A stretch of 64,000 nucleotides of DNA, from positions 236,594,001 through 236,658,000 of the forward strand of contig NC_086097.1 in the NCBI RefSeq assembly GCF_963921235.1, in the 5' to 3' direction. Position numbers and translations under genes: made by a program. The DNA comes from Mobula hypostoma. Lineage: Eukaryota. Positions 36,617 to 49,060 of the stretch are shown piece by piece. How positions within the stretch are numbered: position 1 is the first letter of the stretch; each line of letters starts with the position of its first letter. The notes beneath the pieces are model-generated. The model did no database searches and was not told the DNA's origin. It saw only the letters and a program-made list of their open reading frames with translations.

Positions 36617-38565
36617 TGCTCGGTTTTATCTCCTCCCCAAGATCCACAAACCTGACTGTCCCAGTAGACCCATAGTTTCTGCCTGCTCTTGCCCTACCCA
36701 ACTTGTATCTGCCTACCTGGACTCCATTTTGTCACCCATAGTTCAGTCCCTCCCCACCTACAGCCGGGACACATTCCATGCCCTCCACCTCTTCAATAAC
36801 TTCCTGTTCCCCGGTCCCGACTGCTTCATTCTCACTATGGATGTCCAATCCTTATACACCTTTGTTCCCCATCAAGAAGGCCTCAAAGACCTCCGCTACT
36901 TTCTGGACAATAGATCTCACCAGTTCCCCACCACCACCATCCTCCTCCGGTTGGCAGAACTGGTACTCACACTTAATAACTTCTCTTTTGGCTCTTCCCA
37001 TTTTCTTCAGACCAAGGGTGTAGCTATGGGCACTCACATGGGCCCCAGCTATGCCTGCCTCTTCGTTGGTTATGTGGAACAATCAATGCTCCAAACCTAT
37101 ACTGGTACTCCTCCCCAACTTTTCTTTCACTAGATTGACCACTACATTGGCGCTGCTTCCTGTGTCCATGCTGAGGTCGTCAATTTCATTGACTTTGCTT
37201 CTAACTTCCACCCAGCCCTCAAATTCACTTAGTCCATCTCGGACACTTCTCTCCCCTTTCTCGATCTCTCGGTCTCCATCTCTGGAGACAGACTGTCCAC
37301 TGACATCTTCTACAAGCCCACTGACTCTCATAACTACCTCGACTATACCTCTTCCCACCCTGCCACATGCAAAAATGCCATTCCCTATTCCCAGTTCCTC
37401 TGTCTCCTCCGCATCTGCTCCGAGGATGAGGCTTTCCATTCCAGGACATCTCAAATGTCCTCTTTCTTTAAGGAACGTGGTTTCCCTTCTACCGTCATCA
37501 ATAATGCCCTCACCTGCATCTCCTCCATTTCCCGCACTTCAACCCTCACCTCATCCTCCCGCCACCACAAAAGGGACAGAGTTCCCCTTGTCCTCACCTA
37601 CCACCCCACCAGACTCCGGATCCAGTACATTATCCTCTACAACCTCCGCCACCTTCAACAGCACCCAGCCACTAAGCACATCTTTCCCTGTCCACCCCTC
37701 TCCTTTTTCCACAGGGATTGTTCCCTCCGCAACTCCCTGGTCCACATGTCCCTCCCCACGGATCTCCCACCCGGCACTTATCCTTGCACCTGTCCCTACA
37801 CCTCCTCTCTCACCGCTATTCAGGGCCCCAAACAGTTCTTCCAGGTGAGGCAACACTTCACTTGTGAGTCTGTTGGGGTCATCTATTGCATCCGGTGCTC
37901 CCGGGCGGCCTCCTCTACATCGGTGAAACCCGACGCAGATTGGGGAACCGCTTCATCAAATACCTCCGCTCCGTCCGCCTTAACAGACAGGATCTCCCAG
38001 TTGCCACCCACTTCAACTCTGCTTCGCACTCCCATTCAGATATGTCCATACATGGCCTCCTCTACTGCCATGATGAGGCTAAACTTAGGATAGAAGAGCA
38101 ACAGATCATATACCGTCTGGGTAGTCTCCAGCCCCTGGGTATGACCACTGAGTTCTTCAATTTCCAGTAAATCCCTCCCCCTTCCTTCCCCCATCTCAGT
38201 TTCACTCTGCCCCCTCCTCCAGCTGCCCATCACCTCCCTGTTGGTTCTGCCTCCTTCTACTACCCATTGTACTTTCCCCCATTCCTTCTTCACCTTTCCT
38301 GCCTATCCCCTCCCTGTTTCCCCTCCCCCACCCCTTTGTCTTTCCCCTTACTGGTTTTTCACCTGGAACCTACCTGCCTTCTCCTTACCACCCTCCCCCC
38401 ACCTTCTTTATAGGGCCCCTGCCCCCTCCCTCTTGAGTCCTGTCGAAGTGTCTCGGCCCGAAACGTTGCCTGTTTGTTTCCACGGATGCTGCCCGACCTG
38501 CTGAATTCCTCCAGCGTGTTGCGCGTGTTGCTTTGACCCCAGCATCTGCAGAGTATTTTGTGTTT
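36617..38565 (+). mobile_element. Penelope-like element (RT plus GIY-YIG), 5'-truncated, second subfamily
   Basis: LPKIHKP..RPIVS, MDVQSLYT, GVAMGTHMGPSYACLF, VIYCIRC, YIGET. 11-bp TSD aagaaaattat at 36606-36616 and 38566-38576. Mutated hammerhead at about 38437-38472. Confidence 0.93.
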
Positions 38566-39171
38566 AAGAAAATTATAGGCCAGTTAGTGTGACCTCAGTG
38601 ATTGGGAAGGTGTTGGGGTCAATTGTTTAGGATGTGGTTTCGGGGTTCTTGGAGACACATAATAAAATAGGCTGTAGTCAGCATGGCCTCATCAAGGGAA
38701 CATCTTGCCTGACAGATCTGCTGGAATTTTTGGAGAAATAGCAAGCGGGCTAGACAAAGGAAATTCAGTTGATGTTCTGTATTTGGATGTTCAGAAGACC
38801 TTTGACTAGCTGCTACACATGAGGCTGCTTAACAAGCTATGAGCTCATAGCATCACAGGAAAAATTCTGGCATGGATAAAGCAGGGCTGATTGACAGGAG
38901 GAAAAGGGTGGGAATAAAGGGAGCTTTTTCTGGTTGGCTGCCAGTGACTATTGGTGTTCCACAGGGGTCTGTGCTGGGACCGATTCTTTTTACATTATAT
39001 GCCAATAATTTGGATGATGAAATTGATGGCTTTGTTACAAAGTCTGCAGAGTTAGCTGGAGGGGCAGGTAGTTTTGAGGAAAGAGAGAGGCTACAGAAAG
39101 ACTTAGACAGATTAGGAGAATGGGCAAAAAAGTGGCAGATGGAACATAGTGTTGGGAAGTCATGCACTTCG

Positions 39172-39705
39172 GTAGAAACATAGAAACATAGAAACATAGA
39201 AAATAGGTGCAGGAGTAGGCCATTCGGACCTTCGAGCCTGCACCGCCATTTATTATGATCATGGCTGATCATCCAACTCAGAACCCTGCACCAGCCTTCC
39301 CTCCATACCCCCTGATCCCCGTAGCCACAAGGGCCATATCTAACTCCCTCTTAAATATAGCCAATGAACTGGCCTCAACTGTTTCCTGTGGCAGAGAATT
39401 CCACAGATTCACCACTCTCTGTGTGAAGAAGTTTTTCCTAATCTCGGTCCTAAAAGGCTTCCCCTTTATCCGCAAACTGTGACCCCTCGTTCTGGACTTC
39501 CCCAACATCGGGAACAATCTTCCTGCATCTAGCCTGTCCAATCCCTTTAGGATTTTATACGTTTCAATCAGATCCCCCCTCAATCTTCTAAATTCCAATG
39601 AGTATAAGCCTAGTTCATCCAGTCTTTCATCATATGAAAGTCCTGCCATCCCAGGAATCAATCTGGTGAACCTTCTTTGTACTCTCTCTATGGCAAGGAT
39701 GTCTT
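39172..39705 (-). mobile_element. Young CR1 3' end
   Basis: Open frame MIPGMAGLSYDERL...NLWNSLPQ; (tagaaaca)n tail; near-identical copy at 53868-54064. Confidence 0.9.
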
Positions 39706-39846
39706 TGAAATGAAAAGGTTGACAATTTTTTAAATGGAGAGAAAATACAAAAATCTGAGGTGCAAAGGGATTTGGGAGTTCTTGTGCAGGATTCCCTTAA
39801 GATTAATTTGCAGTTTGAATCTCTAGTGAGGAAGGCAAATGCAAGA

Positions 39847-41270
39847 CAGGTGTCCCCCGCTTTTCGAATGTTCGCTTTACGAAACCTCTCTGTTACGAAA
39901 GACCTACATTAGTTCCCTGTTTTTGCTAACAGAAGGTGTTTTCACTGTTACGAAAAAAGGCAGCGCACGCCCCGAGCAGCCAAGCTCCTCCTCCGGATCT
40001 GCATTCTAGCCGGCATTTCTTAAACACGTGCCTGTGAGCAGCTGTTAGCAAGATGAGTTCTAAGGTATCGGAAAAGCCTAAAAGAGCTCGTAAGGGTGTT
40101 ACACTTAGCGTAAAAGTAGACATAATTAAGCATTTCGATAGTGGTGAACGAAGTAAGGACAAAGTGAGTTTGGCTTGTGGAAGTTGACGAAGATGATGTT
40201 GAAGAGGTTTTGGCATCCCATGACCAAGAGCTGATAGATGAAGAGCTGAGCAATTGGAAGAAGAAAGGATAACAATCGAAACCGAATGCAGTAGCAAATG
40301 GACTGAAAGTGAAGTCGTCCAAGAACTGAACATGAAGTAACTGCGTGAGATTTTCGCTGCAATGATTGCAGAAAAGTACGATTTTAATTTTGAAAGGTTA
40401 CGTAGGTTTAGGGCATATTTGCAAGATGGTTTGAGAGCTTACAAAAACTGTATGATAGAAAATTGCACGAGGCTAGCAGTCAAGCATACTGTCGTTTTTC
40501 AAGCCTTCCACATCAGCCACAGCAGATGACGAACCTCGACTTCCAACATCAAAGCAGGCAGACATAGAAGAAGATGACCTACCTGCCCTGATGGAAACAG
40601 ATGATGATGAGATGACACCCCCGTGTCCCACCACCCCAACTCCCAGGCCGCGGACCGATACGTTGCCGCGGAGAATGCAGCGGTAGCTGGAACGCACCCA
40701 GCTGAAAAAAACAAGCTAATTAATTAGGCGCAGCCCAGCACGTAAATGTTGGCCCAGATCAGAGATGATATGGACTGGGCTGACAATTATGTGCCGGGCG
40801 GCACCTAATTACTTAGCTTGTTTATTTCGGCTTTTTTCTTAAAGATGTGCTGGGTGCATCCCAGCCACCACTATACACCTGCATGCTTCGCGGATCGGTA
40901 CCAGTCGGCGGCCGGGAGGTTGTGGACCACTGCACCACCCCAGCCTCCGATGACTCAGCCTAACACACCATCATCAGTGTGCTCAGAGCTGTCTTCCCGA
41001 TTCCAGTAAGTGATACTACACTGTACATACACTATTTCTACTTTATATAGGCGGTGTATTTATCATATCATTCCTGCTTTTACTATAAGTTACTGTATTT
41101 TAGGTTTTATGTGTTATTTGGCATGATTTGGTAGGTTATTTTTTGAGTCTGTGTACGCTCACAAATTTTTCCCATATAAATAAATGGTAATTGCTCCTTC
41201 ACTTTATGACATTCCGGCTTACGAACCATTTCATAGGAACGCTCTACCTTCAGATGGTGGGGGAAACCTG
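39847..41270 (+). mobile_element. Tigger/pogo-like non-autonomous DNA element
   Basis: TIRs caggtgtccccc / gggggaaacctg|TA; RKGVTLSVKVDIIKHFDSGE resembles the pogo helix-turn-helix start; acidic tail relic. Confidence 0.8.
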
Positions 41271-42356
41271 TATTGGCATTCATTTCAAGAGGATTCAAAT
41301 ATAAAAGCAAGAATGTAATGTTAAGACTTTGCGAGCAGTTTTAGGTCCCTTATCTTGGAAAGGATGTGCTAACATTGGAGAGAGATCAAAGGATGCTTAC
41401 GAAATGATTCCAGGGTTAAACGGCTCGTCATATGAAGACCATTTGATAGCTCTGGGCCTGCATTTACTAGAATTCAGAAGAATGAGGGGTGACCTAATTG
41501 AAACCTATTGAATGGTGAAAGGCCTTGATAGGGTACATGTGAAGAGGTTGTTTTCTATGGTGGGAGAGTCTAAGACCAGATGACACAGCTTCAGAATTGA
41601 GTGGCGTTATTTTAGAAATGAAATAAGGAGGAACTTCTTTAGCCAGAGAGGAGTAAATCTGTGAAATTCATTGCCACAGACAGCTGTGTATATTTAAGGC
41701 AGAGGTTGATAGATTCTTGATTGGTCAGGGCATGAAGGGATATAGGGTTAAGACAGGAGACTGGGACTGAGAGGGAAAATGGATCTGCCATTATGAAATG
41801 GTGGAGCAGACTTAATGGGCTAAATGGCCTAATTCTGCTTCCATATCTTATGGTCTTACGGTCTAAATCCCTCTCTTGCTTAGATCAGATTTTAGCTGAA
41901 TATTTGACACAGATTTTGCCAAGACTACAGCACTGAACGTTTCTCAAAGTTGCTGCTAGCTTTTAAAACCTTTGCAGTCTACTACAATCCTCAACACTCT
42001 GGGCAGGCTCTGGTGATTTTTCTTTTTAATTTTGTCCATAATCGCTGCCTGATTTGTTGAGTATCTCCAGAATTTTTCTGTTTTTTATCTCAGATTCCCA
42101 GAATCTTCAGTTTTTTTTAATGTGTTTCAGTTGCATCACTTGGGGCACCTTTGCCAAGCAAGAGCTCACTGTTGGGGTTCCATGTTCAACTGATCTTATG
42201 GGATCAGTCTTCTGAATGCTGAGATAAGTTAAGGGGAGTGGGAAATCTATGGATTCACTTTCAAGCACTCTGCAATTCATGTTCTCAGTTGTACTTACCT
42301 ATATATCTTTATATTATTTATTTATTTATCATTCTTCTTTTTTTTTGTTCATTTTG

Positions 42357-42994
42357 CAGACCTCTCTTGGAAGTTCCGGGAGTCTCCCGCATATTAATAG
42401 TGGCTCCCTGCTGCCCCCAAATTATATACAATATACAATGTCCCGGAAATCAATCTTCTCGAGAGCGAGAGCGAGCGAGTGAGAGAGAGCGTGAGAGAGA
42501 CCATGAGAGCAACAGAGAGAGAGAGAGAGCGAGAGAGAGCGAGAGTGGGAGAGACCACGAGAGCGCGCGCGAGAGCGAGCGGGAGCGACCATGAGAGTGA
42601 GAGAGAGAGCGACCATGAGAGAGAGAGGGAGGCAGCGCCATGGCAGAGTTTTCCAAAAAAAGAAAATATAAAACCCCAGACATCACCCCAGACTACACTA
42701 AAGTGTATCCCTGCCTAATAGGGGTCAAAAATAATGACAGTGTTGCTCACTGTACTGTTTACAGCAATGTCTTTTCTATTGCCATGGTGGGTTAAACCTG
42801 TAAAAGACATGTTGAGGTGAGTTTAACAGGTGTCATTCGTTCATTAGCATAGCTAACGTTATTTAAACTAGCTGTCTAAATGCTAAGGAGCTACTCTATT
42901 GCAGACATCCCACCTCTCCCGGAAGTTCCGGGAGTCTCCCGCAAATTGATGGTGCTACCTCCCTGAAATGAGTTTTTGCAGGGTGGGGTGTCTG
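42357..42994 (+). mobile_element. Non-autonomous TIR element (hAT-like) with internal GA-rich tract at 42461-42632
   Basis: cagac...gtctg ends, attttg on both flanks, related to 44582-45194. Confidence 0.6.
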
Positions 42995-44235
42995 ATTTTG
43001 TCTTCCTTTGCACATTGGTCATGTGTTAGTCTTTGTGCATATTTTCCTTTTTTGATTCTGTTGTCTTTCTCTGTTCTATTGTGAATGTCTGCAAGAAAAT
43101 GAATCTCTAGTTAGTATACGGCGACACATACATTGAACGTTGAATCCAGGCAGTGAGTAGGGATGGCAGGCCAACTCAGGAAAATATGGGCTCCTGGTTA
43201 TGGTTGAATAACCAGAGAAGTTGTTTGGGGTTATTTTTTGCATAATTGTGCTGTGTCACAGATGAATGGAGCCCACGAATATAGCCTCATTTTCCTCATA
43301 GTCCTTTATAATAGCCCATCTGGTCTAAATAAAACCTGCATTATCATTAGGTTTTACAACAGCTCGGCTGTTTCAAATGACGATTAATCTTTTTTTTTAA
43401 AAGCGCTCTGTTTTTGCTTCACAGTTCCCCTTCTGCTTTGCAACTACTCTAACAGAGCCGTCCAGGACATGAACAAGCCATACTAGTTTTCTATATGATG
43501 TCATGTGCTGAAGCAAGGAAAAAAATATCATCCATAGGACCTGTTGTCAGACATTCTACAAAGTACTTTTATTATCAAAATATGCGCAATATATACATCC
43601 CTGAGATTTGTCTCCTTCCAGGAAGTCACAAAACAAAAAACCTCAATAGAACCAATTTTAAAAAACACTGTCAAACACCCAGTGTGCAGAAAAAAAAAAC
43701 AAATCTTGCAAACAATAAAAGTAAGCAACTGACATTAAGAACTGAAGTACACGAAAGTGAGTCCGCAGCCATGAAGTCAGTCACCATCGCAGCTGGTCCA
43801 GGAGCCCATTAGTTGCAGGCCACAGCCTCAGTTCAGTGCAAACACAAGTAAACCTTGCAGAGCAATGAGCTGAACTGGCCCGTCCATCCCTGACCTTCGA
43901 CCCCGACACCCTGACCTTTCCAATCTGGCCCAGATCTGAAATTGTCCAAAACTCGGGTGGTTCCTCACTCTGGAACCCAGGCCCTTCCACTTCAATTCAG
44001 CCCGGCATGTAAAACAATCAAACCTTGGGTCTTTCCTCGCACTCAGTCTTCGTTTCCAGGCCCCGCTGCCTCGAATCAGCCTCGCTTCACCTCAAGTCTG
44101 TCACAGCGAATTGCCTCCAAGTCCTCTCCAGCAATGGCCAAACATAGGCCCATTCCTAACTTTTGGGCATGGGCATCGCCATCTCAATCTCACCCATACG
44201 CACCATGCCACAACCTACTGCATCTTCAAAACCAG

Positions 44236-44525
44236 TTTACTTTATACTTTATACTTTATTGTCACCAAACAATTGATACTGGAGCCTACAATCATCACAG
44301 CGATATTTGATTCTGCTCTTCATGCTCCCTGGAGTACAAATCGATAGTAAATATTAAAAATTTAAATTATAAATCATAAATAGAAAATAGAAAAAGGAAA
44401 GTAAGGTAGTGCAAAAAAACCGAGAGGCAGGTCCGGATGTTTGGAGGGTACGGCCCAGATCCGGGTCAGGATCCGTTCAGCAGTCTTATCACAGTTGGAA
44501 AGAAGCTGTTCCCAAATCTGGCTGT
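44236..44525 (-). mobile_element. LINE (Rex/L2-type) 3' tail
   Basis: (tttatac)n tail then tttattgtc; the same tail occurs at 58320-58411. Confidence 0.6.
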
Positions 44526-44581
44526 ACCCTTCAAAAATGCTAGGTCATGCAGGCGGTTCAAAAGCTCAACTCCGAAAGGGA

Positions 44582-45194
44582 AACATCCCACCTCTCTCAG
44601 AAGTTCAAGGAACCTCCCGCATATTAATAGCGGCTCCCTGACGCCCAGAAATTATATGCAATATCCCAGAAATCGATTTTTATGAGAGGGAGAGCGAACA
44701 TCTTGATTGGTCTCTCTTTGTACTAAGTAGACCTATCAGTTTTCTCCTTAAAAGTAATGACAGTATTGCTCGCTGCACTGTTTGCAACAGTGACTTTTCT
44801 ATTGCCCATGGTGGGTTAAAATGTAAAAGACATGTTGAGGTGAGTTTAACAGGTGTCATTCGTTCATTGGCATAGTCAACGTTATTTAAGCTAGCTGGCT
44901 AGCTGCTAAGGAGCTACTCTATTGATGTCCTACGTGATGATGCCAAACTCCCTGTAGACTTGCTTAATTGTAATACAATAAAAAAACAACTCCATGATAA
45001 TATAATATAAGTACATATTTTAATGTCACATTTTCTTCCTATACCCAACTTGGTTTACAGCTTAGACAAAATTACTAAACAAAGTGTTACATACACCCTT
45101 GGAAGTCAGACAGTGGGGGGGGGGCGGGATATGGGGTTGCAGGAAGTGGGGGTGCTACCCCCCTGAAATGAGTTTTTGCAGGGTGGGATGTCTA
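44582..45194 (+). mobile_element. Non-autonomous TIR element (hAT-like)
   Basis: acatcccacc...ggtgggatgtct inverted ends; gaaaggga at 44574-44581 and 45195-45202. Confidence 0.65.
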
Positions 45195-47313
45195 GAAAGG
45201 GAAGTTACAGACTCTTGATTACAGTAATCGATTACCAGAAAAATGCTAGTAATAAAGTAGTTAGCAGTTTTATTTGTTTTGTTTGACACCAGCAAGTAGC
45301 TGCCGTGCTTCACCTGCAGTATCTTAAACTGGAAAGACAGAACTCTCTTGCTGAACTTGCAGAATCTACCTATTGTGGTTGCATCACAGTCATTACTCTC
45401 ATTATAGTCTACGCTGGGCTGGTTGATCAGGAGAATGATGTTGTTGGTCATACTAACACTCAGAGGTTGCTGGCATCCTGCTCAACTAGAGTGAAGCTGC
45501 ACAAAAGCTTCTAAGTTTATAATGAGCTAATGGCTTGATCTTTCCAAGCTTTGTCAGAACAGAGTTGGAGAACAGCCTGTGAGAAGGTTCCTGAGACTCT
45601 CTGAATTCCAGAATTTGGAGTTAATTTGCATTTGGAAGAGAAACAGTAAGTTCAATTGCTTAATAGATTTGCATTCTATATCTGATACTTCTACTCAGCC
45701 AGGTCTGAGATTTTAGCTGTCTGGGGTTTTAAGAAGCCCCTCGAAACCTGTATGATTCATGCTGGTGAGATAAGGAGTTGAGATTAGACATCAATAACTA
45801 AGACATACAGAAGCCTGAAGATACCTACTCAACATTTTAAGAATAGCTTCTTCCCCTCTGCCATCAGATTTCTGAATGAAATTGCATGAAATAATAGCAT
45901 GAAATTGCAATTATTTTTTTCAGTATTTTCTTAATGTAACTGGGAATAATTTTGTGTCTTACACTGTACTGCTGCCACAAAACAACACATTTTAATGGCA
46001 TATGTCAGTGATAATAAAAAAAACTTTTAAAATTTATCATCCATCATTTTTTTTTGTTCTGTTTGTGTCCTTTTCTAATGGGCTATGTATTCTCAGGAAT
46101 CTCATCTGTGGTGTACATTAAGAGCTTGGAAGTGTGTTAAAGGGTGGGAGGAGGGTGGATTTCTGTTTCCTTTTCCAAAGTTTACTTTATAAAATAAATG
46201 TCATTTTGAAACGCTTTTCTTTTGCTTAGCATTTTGTTTACTTCCCTGAAGCTATTAAGACTTCAGTTCCTTCTTTTTGCTAATTGAAGTGCAGAATGCT
46301 TCTGAGAAAGTAGAGATACTGCTGAGAATAGGTACCCGATCACACAAAGCAGAAACAATGCCAAGTTCTGGATTTACATATTTTATACCAGCAGGCACAA
46401 CCACTTATAAGACAAATATATCCCAAGACTCTTCACAAATCATTATCTAACGAAGAACTGCAGCTAGTATAGATAAGGAAATTTTCAGGAATATGGCCCA
46501 AGCTACTGTCAAAGAGGTGTGATGTAAGGACATCTTTAAGGAGGAAGAGAACCATAATTACGTAAAAATCCAGAAGTATAATTCCAGAATTTAAGACTTT
46601 GTTGCAGAGAGCCCAACTTTGCAAATATCAGTAAAGAACAACAAAGTATTGATCATTATGTTATGCCAACCTTTCAACCTGCTCTAAGACCAATCTGAGC
46701 CTTCCCTATCTCTTCAGATTCCTTTCATCCATGTGCCTACCTCTGACATCTCCCCTACACTTAGCTCAAAATTATGTGCTCTGCCCTTGGAAAAAGGTGA
46801 TGGCAATCCACCTAATCAATGCCTCTTACTATCTTATACACCTCTATCAAGTCACCTCTCATCCTTAATCGCTCTGAAGAGAAAAGCCCTTGCTCACTGA
46901 ATATTTCCTCATAAAAAATATTCTTTAATCAGAAGGTTTACTAGGATGTTGCCGGTCTTCAGAAGTTGAGTTACAGGGAAAGATTGAACAGGTTAGGACT
47001 TTATTCCTTGGAGCGTAGAAGAATGAGGGGATATTTGATAGAGGTTTACAAAATTATGGGGGGTATAAACAGAGTAAATGCGAGTAGGCTCGTTCCACTT
47101 AGATTAGGAGAGATAAATACAAGAGGACATGGCTCTAGGGTGAAAGTGGAAAGGTTTAGGGGGAACATTAGGGGGAACTTCTTCAGTCAAAGAGAGGTGG
47201 GAGTGTGAAATGAGCTGCCATCTGACGTGGTAAATGTGGGCTCACTCTTAAGTTTCATACATTAAAGTTGCTGGTGAACGCAGCAGGCCAAGCAGCATCT
47301 ATAGGAAGAGGCG

Positions 47314-47351
47314 CAGTCGACATTTCAGGCCGAGACCCTTCGTCAGGACTA
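47314..47351 (-). ncRNA. Minimal hammerhead motif, stem III variant
   Basis: TAGTC-CTGACGA-...-GAAA-TGTC-GACTG; a C>T change breaks the ACGT palindrome. Confidence 0.7.
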
Positions 47352-49022
47352 ACTGAAGGAAGAGTGAGTAAGGAATTTGAAAGCTGGAGGGGGAGGGGGA
47401 GATGCAAAATGATAGGAGAAGAAGACGGTGGGGGGAAGGGATAGAGCCGAGAGCTGGACAGGTGATAGGCAAAAGGGGATACGAGAGGGTCATGGGACAG
47501 GAGGTCCGGGAAGAAAGACAAGGAGGGGGGGTGACCCAGAGGATGGGCAAGAGGTATATTCAGAGGGACAGAGGGAGAAAAAGGAGAGTGAGAGAAAGAA
47601 TGTGTGCATAAAAATGAGTAACAGATGGGGTACGAGGGGGAGGTGGGCCTTAGCGGAGGTTAGAGAAGTCGATGTTCATGCCATCAGGTTGGAGGCTACC
47701 CAGACGGAATATAAGGTGTTGTTCCTCCAACCTGAGTGTGGCTTCATCTTTACAGTAGAGGAGGTCGTGGATAGACATGTCAGAATGGGAATGGGATGTG
47801 GAATTAAAATGTGTGGCCACTGGGAGATCCTGCTTTCTCTGGTGGACAGAGCGTAGATGTTCAGCAAAGCGGTCTCCCAGTCTGCGTCGGGTCTCACCAA
47901 TATATAAAAGGCCACATCGGGAGCACCGGACGCAGTATATCACCCCAGTCGACTCACAGGTGAAGTGATGCCTCACCTGGAAGGACTGTTTGGGGCCCTG
48001 AATGGTGGTAAGGGAGGAAGTGTAAGGGCATGTGTAGCACTTGTTCCGCTTACACGGATAAGTGTCAGGAGGGAGATCAGTGGGGAGGGATGGGGGGGAC
48101 AAGTGGTGGGATCCCGTTGGAGGTGGCGGAAGTTACGGAGAATAATATATATCCAACATATTATTCTCCGTAACTTCCGCCACCTCCAACGGGATCCCAC
48201 CACTAAGCACATCTTTCCCTCCCCCCCTCTCTCTGCATTCCGCAGGGATCGCTCCCTACACAACTCCCTTGTCCATTCGTCCCCCCAATCCCTCCCCACT
48301 GATCTCCCTCCTGGCACTTATCCGTGTAAGCGGAACAAGTGCTACACATGCCCTTACACTTCCTCCCTTACCACCATTCAGGGCCCCAAACAGTCCTTCC
48401 AGGTGAGGCATCACTTCACCTGTGAGTCGACTGGGGTGATATACTGCGTCTGGTGCTCCCGATGTGGCCTTTTATATATTGATGAGACCCAACGCAGACT
48501 GGGAGACCGCTTTGCTGAACATCTATGCTCTGTCCGCCAGAGAAAGCAGGATCTCCCAGTGGCCACACATTTTAATTCCACATCCCATTCCCATTCTGAC
48601 ATGTCTATCCACGGCCTTCTCTACTGTAAAGATGAAGCCACACTCAGGTTGGAGGAACAACACCTTATATTCCGTCTGGGTAGCCTCCAACCTGATGGCA
48701 TGAACATCGACTTCTCTAACCTCCGCTAAGGCCCCACCTCCCCCTCGTACCCCATCTGTTACTCATTTTTATGCACACATTCTTTCTCTCACTCTCCTTT
48801 TTCTCCCTCTGTCCCTCTGAATATACCTCTTGCCCATCCTCTGGGTCACCCCCCCCCTTGTCTTTCTTCCCGGACCTCCTGTCCCATGATCCTCTCGTAT
48901 CCCCTTTGCCAATCACCTGTCCAGCTCTTGGCTCTATCCCTCCCCCTCCTGTATTCTCCTATCATTCTGGATCTCCCCCTCCCCCTCCAACTTTCAAATC
49001 CCTTACTCACTCTTCCTTCAGT

Positions 49023-49060
49023 TAGTCCTGACGAAGGGTCTCGGCCTGAAACGTCGACTG
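49023..49060 (+). ncRNA. Minimal type-I hammerhead ribozyme motif
   Basis: Identical to 2115-2152. Confidence 0.85.

Larger units (their letters stand above)
34830..41865 (+). mobile_element. Old CR1 fragmented by four later insertions
   Basis: Collinear pieces at about 34830-35124, 35800-36616, 38577-39175, 39706-39846 and 41271-41865, following the order of the CR1 at 12530-14861 and ending in a tcttatggtctt tail. Assigning the first piece to the same copy is less certain. Confidence 0.8.

Noticed and set aside
42238..42718. ORFs rich in RE or SL repeats
   Set aside because: Translation of a GA-rich microsatellite.
47965..48729. 254-aa stand-alone GIY-YIG nuclease gene
   Set aside because: The N-terminus is antisense sequence from the inverted arm, and the YIG motif reads YID.
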